This document shows positions 11,901-24,200 of a stretch of 64,000 nucleotides of DNA, one piece after another (the stretch's first letter is position 1; each line of letters begins with the position of its first letter). The translations under genes and the position numbers were made by a program. The DNA is from Macrostomum lignano (taxonomy: Eukaryota). The stretch covers positions 62,001 through 126,000 of the forward strand of contig NIVC01002232.1 of the NCBI GenBank assembly GCA_002269645.1, given 5' to 3'. The notes beneath the pieces are model-generated. The model saw nothing but the letters and a program-made list of their open reading frames with translations. It was not told where the DNA came from and did no database searches.

Positions 11901-14349
11901 TCACTTTGAATCGATCGAGCAGATGAGACACAACGTGAAAATGATCACCAGCAGCTGAAATTATTGTTAAAATGCAGGAAAAATCAGTTTCAATTTTCAT
12001 ACATGTTGTAATTAATGTGGCAAGAGTACTCGAGGAAAAAAGGCTTACCTGAGCAGCAGCGAACACACCGCAGCCAATGATGACCCATAGCGAGTAGGAA
12101 TCGATGAATGCCACCACTGCGTCCACGCAGCCCTGAAAGCGGTTTCAATTTAACCGTAACTGTGTAGAGAGGCCAGTGAAAGTGACTTTCCACGAGTAAT
12201 TTTAGAAGTCCTACTAAGGGTACGGAGCAGTCAATGTGTCTTTGGTCAATTTCAAGACAGTGAGAATGGAGTCAGGAGATTTCTGTCTGAAGAGTCAGAA
12301 GTGTGGCTATGGAGTCAGGAGTGAGGCTATGGAGTCAGGAGTGAGGCTATGGAGTCAGGAGTGAGGCTATGGAGTCAGGAGTGAGGCTATGGAGTCAGGA
12401 GTGAGGCTATGGAGTCAGGAGTGAGGCTATGGAGTCAGGAGTGAGGCTATGGAGTCAGGAGTGAGGCTATGGAGTCAGGAGTGAGGCTATGGAGTCAGGA
12501 GTGAGGCTATGGAGTCAGGAGTGAGGCTATGGAGTCAGGAGTGAGGCTATGGAGTCAGGAGTGAGGCTATGGAGTCAGGAGAGTGGCTATAGATAAACAG
12601 AGTGTTCAAAAAAGCACGCAAAAATGTTTCCGGTGATTTCAACAATACAGGCTCATATCTGATACGAGCTACACGCGTAAGTATCCACGAGAGAAACAGC
12701 GAGCTTATTGACTTACAACTTGGTGAAATCCAACTTCAGTAACAGGGCAGTCCTGATTCTCAAGGTAGTTTCCCAGGTCCGACCATCGAGTCTGGGTCAA
12801 TAGTTCAGCCTTTTTGTCGCTCTTGACAACGCAACAAGCGGCTGGTACTTTCATATTTGTCTTCACGCCGTTCGTCATTAGCCAGGTGCGGTTTGAAGTG
12901 AGCCAGCTCTCGCTATTGCGGGCGTCTCCCGTCACGTTTACGCCGCAACAGTCCACCTGGAATATAGTAAATGAAGTTGTGAGTTTTGTGCGCGTCTTCT
13001 CATTCTTGTGCCCGTGGTAGCTGATTTCCTATTTTGTCTTTTGACTTCTTCCTGTGTCTTCCTCCTGGGTCACCATTCAGTGTCTCTGCTCTGTCTCTTG
13101 TGTCTCTGCTCTGCCTTCTGTGTCTCTGCTCTGCCTTCTGTGTCTCTGCTCTGCCTTCTGTGTCTCTGCTCTGCCTTCTGTGTCTCTGCTCTGCCTTCTG
13201 TGTCTCTGCTCTGCCTTCTGTGTCTCTGCTCTGCCTTCTGTGTCTCTGCTCTGCCTTCTGTGTCTCTGCTCTGCCTCCTGACTTTCCTACATATCCTGCG
13301 TCTCTCTCTAAAAGTCAGGTTGGGTGTGGGATAAACAAAAAGTGGCACTCACAGCAACAAACATGTAGTTGAATAGCAGACTGACGGCAGTATGTGTCTT
13401 TTTGGTTCCATTGACAAAATCGTTCACGGAGATCAGGTACTTGTTCTGCAGTGCTGACAGCTCGGTTTTGGCCTGGGTGACCACGTTGTTTTTATACAGC
13501 ACAGCTAACACAGCGGCCGCCACCTGGGCTCCCAGAATTGCGATGATGAAACCGGCATACTGCGGATGAAGGAGGTATTAGTCATGACTTTTGATTGTCA
13601 TCTGGCTGCATCTGATGTCAAATGGTCAGCATCAGGTATCAAATGGTCAGCATCAGATATCAAATGGTCAGCATCAGATATCAAATGGTCAGCATCAGGT
13701 ATCAAATGGTCAGCATCAGACATCAAAAGGTCAGCATCAGGTATCAAATGGTCAGCATCAGGTATCAAATGGTCAGCATCAGACATCAAATGGTCCGCAT
13801 CAGGTATCAAATGGTCAGCATCAGACATCAAATGGTCAGCATCAGGTATCAAATGGTCAGCATCAGATATCAAATGGTCAGCATCAGACATCAAAAGGTC
13901 AGCATCAGGTATCAAATGGTCAGCATCAGACATCAAATAATCTGAAGCTGGTATGGTTAGGACATTAGAAAGTCAAACGGTCAGACTATATGTGTCAGAT
14001 ACTAGTGTCAGCAAAACTCTCTCTGACTCACGATGCCCAGCAGGCACTTCGACTGTCGCACAGCTCCCAGACATCCGAACAGGCTGATGAAGGCGCTGAG
14101 GGCGCCAACAGCAATAAGGATGGCGCCAGCGGTCGACACGATGCCTTTTTGACCGGAGAGTCTGAGCAGCTCGCTCTCAACTTCCGGATTGTTTCCAGCC
14201 TGCTGGTTGATGAGGTTCAACATGTTGAACAGCTTGTCCTGACTGACCAGCATCCAGATGCCGGCAGACAGCAGGGCCAGGCCAACCAAGAAGAACACGA
14301 TGGTGAACACGAACAGGGTGATCGAAGCGAGCTTGCTGCCGCAACCCAT
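11901..14349 (-). CDS. Tetraspanin, 300 aa, 5 coding exons
   Basis: Exons (minus) 14349-14032, 13559-13353, 12956-12717, 12132-12049, 11954-11901; all introns GT-AG, phase 0. Four hydrophobic segments, GCLGA motif after TM2, EC2 with CCG, PAACC, DCP and GC (6 Cys). Ends LLVIIFTLCLICSIDSK*. Confidence 0.95.
12303..12590. repeat. 20-bp tandem repeat (gtgaggctatggagtcagga), about 14 copies, tetraspanin intron 3
   Basis: Near-perfect tandem units read directly. Confidence 0.95.
13080..13276. repeat. 20-bp tandem repeat (tgtgtctctgctctgccttc), about 10 copies, tetraspanin intron 2
   Basis: Read directly; explains the SVSLLCLLCLCSAF ORF artefacts. Confidence 0.95.
13611..13938. repeat. 21-bp tandem repeat (atcaaatggtcagcatcaggt), about 15 copies, tetraspanin intron 1
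   Basis: Read directly; the 7-aa periodic ORFs on both strands are artefacts. Confidence 0.95.
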
Positions 14350-14486
14350 GGCTTCTGTGTCTTATTGAACTACGAGTGCACTGCTTGCTGAGTGTCCTGC
14401 GGGATGTTTGGAGTCGGCGATCTGGATTGGGGCATATTGGTGAGACTGCAACACCTTGGGATCTTGGTTTGGTGTAGGTATTTTGC

Positions 14487-14695
14487 AAGTCTTCAGGATC
14501 GATGCTTCAGATATATAGCAATACTTCAGGATGGATGCTTCAGATAGATTGAAATACTTCAGGATGCATGCTTCAGATAGATTGAAATACTTCAGGATCG
14601 ATGCTCAGATAGATTGAAATACTTCAGGATGCATGCTTCAGATAGATTGAAATACTTCAGGATGCATGCTTCAGATAGTTTGAAATACTTCAGGA
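14487..14695. repeat. 33-bp tandem repeat (atacttcaggatgcatgcttcagatagattgaa), about 6 copies, probable tetraspanin 5' UTR
   Basis: Unit spacing 14521 to 14554. A minus-strand acceptor (tttaccag) at 14696-14698 would place the array inside the 5' UTR exon. Confidence 0.85.
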
Positions 14696-15127
14696 CTGGT
14701 AAACAAAAAGTTAGAAATTAATTTAACTTACTATTACAGACCAAACTCTACAGTGTTAAAAAACTTTAAAATTGCTAAGAGAGTTGCAAAGAAAAGCACT
14801 GCGACATTCTGCCCTCAAAATTGTCCTTAACTAGAAACGATATAGCAACTTACCCAAAAAAAAAGCTTGGAGTCGCAGTCAGTCACAGACCTGTTAACAG
14901 AAAGAAAATCTTAAGCCAAGTTGGTAGATAATAAATACCCAAAGTTGACGGCTGAGGGTGGCTAGGGCGCACAGCCTGGGCGCCACCCTCTTCCCTGAGG
15001 CTATGAAGCCAATTCTCAACGGCTACAGTGGCAGAAGCGGCGGCCCCTCCTCAAATTCGCTCGAGTCAACTTAAGATAAGATATGAAGCAGTTAGTGCGC
15101 ACTGGCGAAGCTCTCTGTCAGCCCCGG

Positions 15128-15141
15128 GTTGCCATGACAAC
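15128..15141. promoter_or_regulatory. RFX X-box-like palindrome GTTGCCATGACAAC in a CpG-rich promoter-like island
   Basis: 13/14 match to the canonical GTTGCCATGGCAAC. Lies between the tetraspanin (-) and the KDA-repeat gene (+), which diverge. Confidence 0.55.
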
Positions 15142-16035
15142 ACGAGCTATAAGCGCGGGGTTGCATTGGCTTCATCTTATCGCTGTTGGGACAAAGCGGA
15201 GGTCCAAGACGTCGCACGCAGAGCAGCGAATGCTTGCCTCTATCTCTGAGTAGACAAAACCAGTGCGGTTGACGCATTAAAAAACAAGTCCCAATCAAAT
15301 GACTCAACGATTCTTAATATAAAAAAAGAATTTTCCGGAAAGTTTCTTTTAGAACATGTGTTTGTTTAGTTTGTTGCCTTGGGTTTTAGGCACTTTAAAA
15401 TAGCTCATACGGTCGTATTGTGTGAGGAATGTTATGATTAGTTCTCTAGATACTAGACCTGAATAAGATGGGTTACTTTGAGCACGGGCCGGAGACAACT
15501 CTTGATTCAATAGCAACACGCATACACGCATACATTTACCCATCGGAAAATCAATACGCTAAATTTGAAAAAAATTCCTTGATATATTCAAGCAAAAATA
15601 GTCAAATTAAGCAAATTTATCTAGTAAGACGCGAGCAGCCTACTAGATGAATAGTAGTAACATTAGGTTCAAATATTTGTCGTCTGCTTATTTGTTTAAT
15701 TTGAATTATCAATTTGAATTAATGAATTAATGAGTTTCAGACATCGAGCAGTTGAATTCAGACTTTGGACTCAGAACAATCAAACAAAAATGGTGTATAT
15801 TGCACTCTTGGGCAGCCGTGATGACATCCGCGCCTAACTCCGCGATTCTCTGCAGCACCACGGAACGCCAATCCTGTAGATAGGATGGAACGCTACATTT
15901 GGTTCTGCCAAAAAACTTCAACTAAAATTAGTAAGCAAGGCCTAAAATGCATTCCGGGTTTCGAATTGGAACATAGACGCTTATTTTGCACTAGTAGTTC
16001 GACCGATTCTTTAACAATCTAGTGAGCATTAGCAG

Positions 16036-16776
16036 GAAGCGGACGCCAAGTTAAAGCAACTCTTCAACTGCTCAGTAAGCCGATGCAGCGGAGAAGGCAC
16101 CGGCATGAGTACCAAAGCTGCTAAGGGCGCGAAGGACGTTAAAGACGCCAAAAAAGACGCTAAAAAGGACGCAAAAGACGCAAAGAAAGATGCCAAAAAT
16201 GATGCTAAAAAGGATGCTAAGGATTCCAAAAAGGACGCTAAGAAAGACGTCAAGGACGCCAAGAAGGACGCAAAGGACGCTAAGAAGGACGCAAAGGACG
16301 CTAAGAAGGACGCAAAGGACACTAAGAAGGACGCAAAGGACGCAAAGGACGCAAAGGACGCTAAGAAGGACGCAAAGGACGCAAAGGACGCTAAGAAGGA
16401 CACAAAGGACGCAAAGGATGCTAAGAAGGACGCAAAGGACGCAAAGGACGCAAAGGACGCAAAGGACGCCAAGAATGACGCAAAGGACGCCAAGAAGGAC
16501 GCAAAGGACGTTAAAAAGGACGCAAAGGACGCCAAGAATGACGCAAAGGACGCGAAGAAAGACGCAAAGGACGTTAAGAAGGACGCAAAAGACGCAAAGG
16601 ACGTTAAGAAGGACGCAAAGGACGCAAAAGACGCAAAGGACGTTAAGAAGGACGCAAAGAACGCAAAAGACGCCAAGAAGGACGCCAAAGATGCAAAGAA
16701 GGGAGCAGCAGCAGATGGTAGCGCACTGCCTTCAGACAGCACCCATGCCATCCGGTTTTATAACATCATTAAGTGA
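16036..16776 (+). CDS. Terminal exon of a Lys-Asp-Ala repeat (cylicin-like composition) protein; 5' exons unresolved
   Basis: Acceptor tagcag at 16035 is in frame: EADAKLKQLFNCSVSRCSGEGTG-MSTKAAK...(KDA/KKDA)n...RFYNIIK*. Synonymous codon variation (gac/gat, aaa/aag, gca/gcc/gct) with conserved amino acids, unlike the non-coding arrays. A candidate 51-nt phase-0 exon (IGWNATFGSAKKLQLKL) lies at about 15880-15930. Confidence 0.7.
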   Translation, partial: EADAKLKQLFNCSVSRCSGEGTGMSTKAAKGAKDVKDAKKDAKKDAKDAKKDAKNDAKKDAKDSKKDAKKDVKDAKKDAKDAKKDAKDAKKDAKDTKKDAKDAKDAKDAKKDAKDAKDAKKDTKDAKDAKKDAKDAKDAKDAKDAKNDAKDAKKDAKDVKKDAKDAKNDAKDAKKDAKDVKKDAKDAKDVKKDAKDAKDAKDVKKDAKNAKDAKKDAKDAKKGAAADGSALPSDSTHAIRFYNIIK

Positions 16777-17134
16777 TACTCGGTGACAAGGAACGATAAT
16801 GGCTCTTTTAGCCGCGCAGTTATTTCTGTAAAAAATGGACGCTTCTCTTGCTTTTGATTTCAATTTTAAGGGAAAGACTTACGCAAAATATATTTTTGCG
16901 TTTTGATGGCTATGGTCCATCCAATCTTTTAGTTCCGTGTTCGATGGTGAGTACATCTGAGAATTTCTAAATGAGTAAATCTTGATTTTTCTGGTTTTTT
17001 TAATTTTGACAAGTCGGAACTTACTGAGCTTCGAGCCCAAGTCGCTCTCTTTGACCAGCCATGGAATTCCAAGCTCAGAAAGCTATTCTATCTTTTTTCT
17101 GCACACTTGACTGTCTCATGTCCTGCACCTGTTA

Positions 17135-17501
17135 TTTTTTTTTTATTAGAGGCAGAGGGGTTGTGTGCACCCTGGCGCACTTTAAGCGACATGGGCACAC
17201 AACCGGCGAGAGGCATTACTGCCCATTCCGCCGACTCCCCTGAGCAGGCACACAAGCGCGCGGATACGTACGCAGGCACACACTCACACAGGAGTGTACA
17301 GCGGCCCTAACTTTATATTATAGTTAGGCATGTACACTTCACTGCGCCTTGGGGGGTTGGCTCTCAAGGCCGTTAATTGCACGAGCAGAGCCAAGCCGAG
17401 ATTCCAATTCAGCCCCAAATTAATGTGACTGCACTTGGAATCGAGCCTGGGTCGCTGGCACACCAGAGCAGCTCCGCTACCGCTGGGCTACGGCCCCCCT
17501 A
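17135..17501 (-). mobile_element. Full-length tRNA-derived SINE (about 365 bp) with A-rich tail and 14-bp TSD
   Basis: TSD tcctgcacctgtta at 17121-17134 and 17502-17515. Minus strand: A-box tagcccagcgg, B-box-like ggctcgattcc, 3' end ctctaataaaaaaaaaa. Confidence 0.9.
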
Positions 17502-18229
17502 TCCTGCACCTGTTAATAATTCATGTCTCTAATTCAACTACGAGCGTATATGGACTACTATAAGATCTGAATTGTGGACAATCAGGTTCTATGAGACCAG
17601 CTATCGTTTGCAATCCGGATTGCTAGACGCAGCAGTCCATGTCTCATTAGATTAGATTATACTTTCGTACTCTCATCGTTTGCTTGCCGGACTCACCTGT
17701 CCGCTAGACGGATGAGCGTGCAGAGCGACCTCGTCGGGAAGAGACTCAAAGCAATAGAGGGGATCGAGCTAGAGACAGAGAGCCAACGCGGGAAGGGCGT
17801 GGCTACAAAGGTGATGAAAATCCCCGGAGCAGTAGAAAATGCAGCCAGCCTCCCCTAACTCTCAGTCTCATTTGTCTGTGCAGTTGGCTGTGTCACTGAG
17901 AGACCGTGTAGCAATTTCAAATTTTGCCCCGGGGATGGGGGGCAGTGGATTGACTCATTCGAGCCTGACTAGTGCACACGTACTGATTAGGCTTCATAAT
18001 CCTGCGCTGTCCTGGCAATGGCAACTCGCAGTAATTATTAGTTTACGCCTTCTTGACTAACAACAACAACAACTGCGATTCATTGGACTGGCTTGAAATC
18101 AAAGAAGCAACTGCAGGTTAATCATCATTAAGCAACTAGCCTGGGGCGGTTTTCCTTTGAGCTTAAAAGCAAAGTCCAGGCAGTGATTATCGCGAATCCC
18201 CATCCTGCCTAGTGATTAGCGCCCGAGCC

Positions 18230-21200
18230 ATGTCCTACTCATATTCCAACGGGCGCGCCAGCGTCCTCGACATGCGGAGCAGCAGCGCAGCTTCCGTCGC
18301 AAACGGCATAGCCCCAGCCTTGGTCGCACGCTCGAGCACGTCAATGGTATCCAGCGCTAACTCGGACACAAAGGGCCGCATCCAGGTGATTCTGGACACC
18401 CAGACGGCCTGCAGACAGGCGCTTGAGGTGGCCAAAATGCTGGCAGTGATCAGCATTCCGGTGATTGCGGCTCTGTCCATTGGCACTGTCGGTTTGACGA
18501 GGGCATCGAGCACGTTCTCGCAGAGTCAGCGGGCTCAGGTGTCACTTACAGGTGAGTTTGAGATCTGCTGGCAATCTTATCGATTAAATAATGTATATCT
18601 GTAATACTCAAAGATCCGATCAAGTCGTCTTTCTTCGCGAAGGACTTACTTGACTTTGCTGCAGGGGATGCTCCGGGCATCCGGGTGCAGCGGGGAGGCG
18701 TCACCGCCCATTCGGCTGACCCCTGACAACCACGGGCAGCTGCGGTGTCGGGCAGGGAGGTCCAGGACTGCCGGAGAGTCCAGGAGAGGCGAAGAGGCGG
18801 TTGGTTGCTCATCCGGTAGGCCTTAGGTAGCTAGCCGGAAAAGAGATTCGGATTGAAAGCAGGGCATTCACAGATGAAGCGCTCAACACCGAAGAGGCAG
18901 AATGGGCGATGCCATTGACCTGAGACCATCATCGCGGCTATCGCCCTGATGCCCTTGCGGTTGAATCCAAGCAGGACCCAGGCGGGAGAGTGACAGGGAA
19001 CGCATGGGGTTTTGCCATAAACAAAAATTCACTCGAGAAAATTCCGATTAGGCGTCCGCATCCTTGTACTTCAAATGTTCATACGTGCAGTCGTCATGAA
19101 GGGTGATTAATTCAAAGCATCATTCAATAGGGAGCGCCATTTCATTTTTTGCCCGATACCGCGCAGCCTTCTAATTCTTAATATTCTCAATTCTCAAAAT
19201 GCTCACTCCACTTCTCAGGCAACATGGACATGAGCAAACTGGTCGGCAGCCTGCAGATCGAGCGCGGCCTGACGGCAACCTTCCTGGCCTCGAACGGCAC
19301 CGACATGGTCTTTTATCAGCGCATCAAAAATCAACGAGTTATTTCGGATGCCGCTCTTGAGGGCATGAGCATCTGGCCTCCCATTGAGTACTTTTACTAT
19401 AGCAACACCAGCAGCGGTTATACTGTGCCCATCAGGCCGCTCTACACCAAAGCTGACATGGCCGCCAACCTGGCTTGGTTCCGGCGTCGAGTCGACACCA
19501 TGTGAGTTCCTTAATATGGGGTGAGATTGTGACATGCTGAGATCATCATCACTTGGGGTGAGATTGTGAGATGCTGAGATCATCATCACTTGGGGTGAGA
19601 TTGTGAGACCATCATCACTTGGGGTGAGATTGTGAGACCATCACCACTTGGGGTGAGATTGTGACATGCTGAGATCATCATCACTTGGGGTGAGATTGTG
19701 AGATGCTGAGATCATCATCACTTGGGGTGAGATTGTGAGACCATCATCACTTGGGGTGAGATTGTGAGATGCTGAGATCATCATCACTTGGGGTGAGATT
19801 GTGAGACCATCATCACTTGGGGTGAGATTGTGAGACCATCACCACTTGGGGTGAGATTGTGAGATGCTGAGATCATCGTCACTTGGGGTGAGATTGTGAG
19901 ATGCTGAGATCATCATCACTTGGGGTGAGATTGTGAGACCATTATCACTTGGGGCGAGATTCTGAGACCATCACCACTTGGGGTGAGATTGTGAGACCAC
20001 ACCACTTGGGGTGAGATTGTGAGACCACACCACTTGGGGTGAGATTGTGAGATCATCGTCACTTGGGGTGAGATTGTGAGATGCTGAGATCATCATCACT
20101 TGGGGTGAGATTGTGAGATCATCGTCACTTGGGGTGAGATTGTGAGATGCTGGGATCATCATCACTTGGGGTGAGATTGCGAGATGCTGAGATCATCATC
20201 ACTTGGGGTGAGATTGTGAGACCATTATCACTTGGGGCGAGATTCTGAGACCATCACCACTTGGGGTGAGATTGTGAGACCACACCACTTGGGTTGAGAT
20301 TGTGAGATCATCGTCACTTGGGGTGAGATTGTGAGATGCTGAGATCATCATCACTTGGGGTGAGATTGTGAGACCATCATCACTTGGGGTGAGATTGTGA
20401 GACCATCATCACTTGGGGTGAGATTGTGAGATAATCGTCACTTGGGGTGAGATTGTGAGATCATCACCACTTGGGGTGAGATTGTGAGATGCTGGGATCA
20501 TCATCACTTGGGGTGAGATTGTGAGACCACACCACTTGGGGTGAGATTGTGAGATCATCATCACTTGGGGTGAGATTGTGAGACCATCATCACTTGGGGT
20601 GAGATTGTGAGATCATCATCACTTGAGATGAGATTTTGAGATTCTGAGACCATCATCCGTCGGGGTGCGTTTCTAAGAAAGCAAAAACACAAGTGAGATA
20701 ATTATTAAAGAATTAATTCTTAGAGATGAAAGTTTTTTATGACGTTCTTTTTCGCAAAGAAAACTATTGAACCTTCCTCATTTCAGTGCTTACGAAATGC
20801 AAACGATTGACTCGCCGGACTTTTACACTCCCTTCATCAACATGCTGATGGACTGGGGCGACAGCACCGCCATTTTCCCTCCGGGCAGCAAGCTCTGGAC
20901 TCAAATGCTGGCCTTTTCAGCCATTCTGCGAGTCACCGAGGCTATCGGACTGCAGCGAGCCCTGGGCTCGTCTTGGTTCATCAACTGCCACCTGCCGCCC
21001 GAACTTTTCAGGGTGGGTTTTGATAGGCCAGCATGCGGTAGCCGAACTCATTTATTTAAAACGTTTACGAGACTGTGCAGTCAGAATTAAATTATTTTAT
21101 TGCACGTCACTTCGGAATATACATTCTTTAATTACCCTACCATAGACTGTACATTCGGAAAGAAATCTTCCTACCCCACAACGGGGATGTACATTCGGAA

Positions 21201-24200
21201 AGAAATCTTCCTACCCCACAACGGGGATGTACATTCGGAAAGAAATCTTCCTACCCAAAACGGGATGTACATTCGGAATCTTCCTACCCCACAACGGGTT
21301 GTATATTCGGAAAGAAATATAATTACAATAATTAAATTTACACGATAAAAAATAATCTTGAATAATACTGAAGCAACCCTCAATTCACCCGCAGTACTTT
21401 CTGCGCCTCTACGGAACTCAACTAACTGAGTACGACATTGGCAGGGGCTACTGCGCCTCTTGCATCAGCGAGTTTGAGACAATTTACACGAACACCGCCA
21501 ATTTAGACAGCAATTTAACATTGAAACGGACAATGATGCTGAACAGCAGCTTCATCGATTATTGCAACACACAGGAGCAGCAATTCCGAAGCGTGCTTGC
21601 TCAGGGCTGGTTTGACAATACTACTGTGCTCATAAATCTCTTCGTTCGGGTGAGTATAATATGCAGACATGCCTGGTTTGGTGCCTTGATAGAAAAAACA
21701 CGATGTTGGGGGTGCCAGTTCGTCAGGGCCGCGAGGTGGCACTCCATTGAAGGTCCCGAAGGTCACCTGTATGTCTACAGGTCAGCCTAGAGGGTCGCCA
21801 TCGTCCATTTCATTCACCGATTATGTCTACTGACTGAATGCTGCATGCAGACGAGGATTCTTCCATTTCTGTTTTGGGAACACAGCCGTCTCTGAGATGC
21901 CGATCGGGTGCTTTTGTTGAAGGTCCCGACGGTCGCCGCCAATGCTCCAGACGGTGATGAAGGGACCCTGGTGCCTGGGATGCTGAGAGCAAAAGTCCCT
22001 GTGACTGATACGCACAGTTTGTTTAGCCGACGTGGTTTCATGATGAGATTTCTTGAGCAGAAAAATTTTGCCAATATTGGTGGTTTTTGCCACCAGACAC
22101 CCCGAGGAGAATCGTTGAATATTTCAACGATGCCGATTTTTCGTGATTCTCGAAGTTGCTTCATCGAATAGAGCGGAAAATTTTAGCCCGTGTTTTGGAT
22201 TTTCATGGCAATTGGTTGAATATTTTTGGAGATCCAGACAAAGGGAGAATGTGTGTATTTGAAATACACCCAATAGGTCTTTCTGCTGTTAATAGAAATT
22301 TCTAGCTGCAGCTGCTGGCCTAATTACTTCAGTAGACATCGGATTTGCCTATTCTAATAAGGAATCTTAATCTAGAAAATAATTACAGGCAAAAACACTC
22401 AGCAGGAAATAAAGTTCTACTGCTAAAGAAGACGAACGATGCTCATTGAGCTGATCCGGTTAATTAAGGAGCTTTGAGTTAATTAAAATGCAACTCAGCT
22501 TATTGATTATTACATTCAAGTTCGAAGCGCACGTTTAATCCCTAGAGAATTAGAGGTTGCTTAATTAGAAGACCCACTATGCACGCCATACGCAGGTGCG
22601 GAACTCCGTCTCGGACTCGATAGTCAATCAGCTCAAAGCTTCTGTTAACGAGGCCAGAATGAACTTAATCGTGTTCTCCACTTTGTTCATCATCGTGACG
22701 ATTCTATGCGTCAGTCTCACCGTGTGGTACGCCTCCACCATCAGAGCCATGGGCCAGATGATTCTCACCTATGCCGTAAAACTGCGAAAGAAAATCAAAG
22801 CGTTGCAGGTGAGAGATGGCTTCTGCCAGTTACATGTATAATGTAATCAGGGTGTGATTGCAGTAAGCGAATTAATTCATAAAACATGGAATCTCAAGCA
22901 TTAATACCTAGTTTATCCACTACTTCTGCATTGGAATACCAAAACTTTCTGATGATCCCATCTCCAATCCTGAGATCCCATCTCTAATCCCGAGATCCTA
23001 TCTCCAATCTCGAGATCCCATTTCTAATCCTGAGATCCCATCTCTATCCTGAGATCCCATCTCCAATCCCGAGATCCCATCTCCAATTCCGAAATCCCAT
23101 CTCCAATCCCAGATCCCATCTTCAATCTTCAATCTTCAATCTTCAATCTTTAATCTTCAATCCTGAGATCCCATCTTCAATCTTGAGATCCTATCTCCAA
23201 TCTCGAGATCCCATTTCTAATCCTGAGATCCCATCTCAAATCCCGAGATCCCATCTTCAATCCTGAGATCCCATCTCCAATCCTGAGATCCCATCTTCAA
23301 TCCTGAGATCCTATCTCCAATCTCGAGATCCCATTTCTAATCCTGAGATCCCATCTCAAATCCCGAGATCCCATCTTCAATTCTGAGATCCCATCTCCAA
23401 TCCTGAGATCCCATCTCAAATCCCGAGATCCCATCTTCAAACCTAAGCTCCCATCTCCAATCCCGAGATCGAATCTTCAATCTCGAGATCCCATCTTCAA
23501 TTCTGAGATCCCATCTCCAATCCTGAGATCCCATCTCAAATCCCGAGATCCCATCTTCAAACCTAAGCTCCCATCTCCAATCCCGAGATCGAATCTTCAA
23601 TCTCGAGATCCCATCTTCAATCCTGAGATCCTATCTCCAATCTCGAGATCCCATCTCCAATCCCGAGATCCCATTTCCAGTCCCGAGATCCCATTTCCAG
23701 TCCCGAGATCCCATTTCCAATCCCGAGATCCCATTTCCAGTCCCGAGATCCGAACTGTAAACTTGCAGTTCAGAACTTCAATGATAGACACAATCGCGAC
23801 CAAGAAGATGAAGTCAAAGAGTTTATGAAGGTAAATGAGCCAAACTGACTCGCACGTCCCCGCAGGTAGAGAAGAAGCGCACAGAGACGCTGCTGTTCCA
23901 GATGCTGCCTCGGACGGTGGCGGACCAGCTAACCAAGGGCCTCACGGTGGAACCTGAGACGTTCCAATGCGTCAGCATCTACTTCAGCGACATCGTCAGC
24001 TTCACCGTGATCTCGTCAAGCATCTCACCGATGGAGGTTATCGACCTGCTCAATAGTCTCTACTCGTAAGCCTTGTATGAGATCTCGCTTGGGATTCGGG
24101 ATCTCGGGATTGGAAATGGGATCTCGGGATTGGAGATGGGATCTCGGATTGGAGATGGGAGTTTAGGATTGAAGGGGATCTCGGGATTTGAGATGGGATC

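Noticed and set aside
16029-16751. 240-aa minus-strand FAS-repeat ORF and +1-frame RT-repeat ORF
   Set aside because: Shadows of the KDA frame; third-position variation is synonymous only in the KDA frame.
21660-22160. GC-richer intronic segment with a TFGTFN word like an AP-endonuclease start
   Set aside because: Single short motif with no continuing frame.
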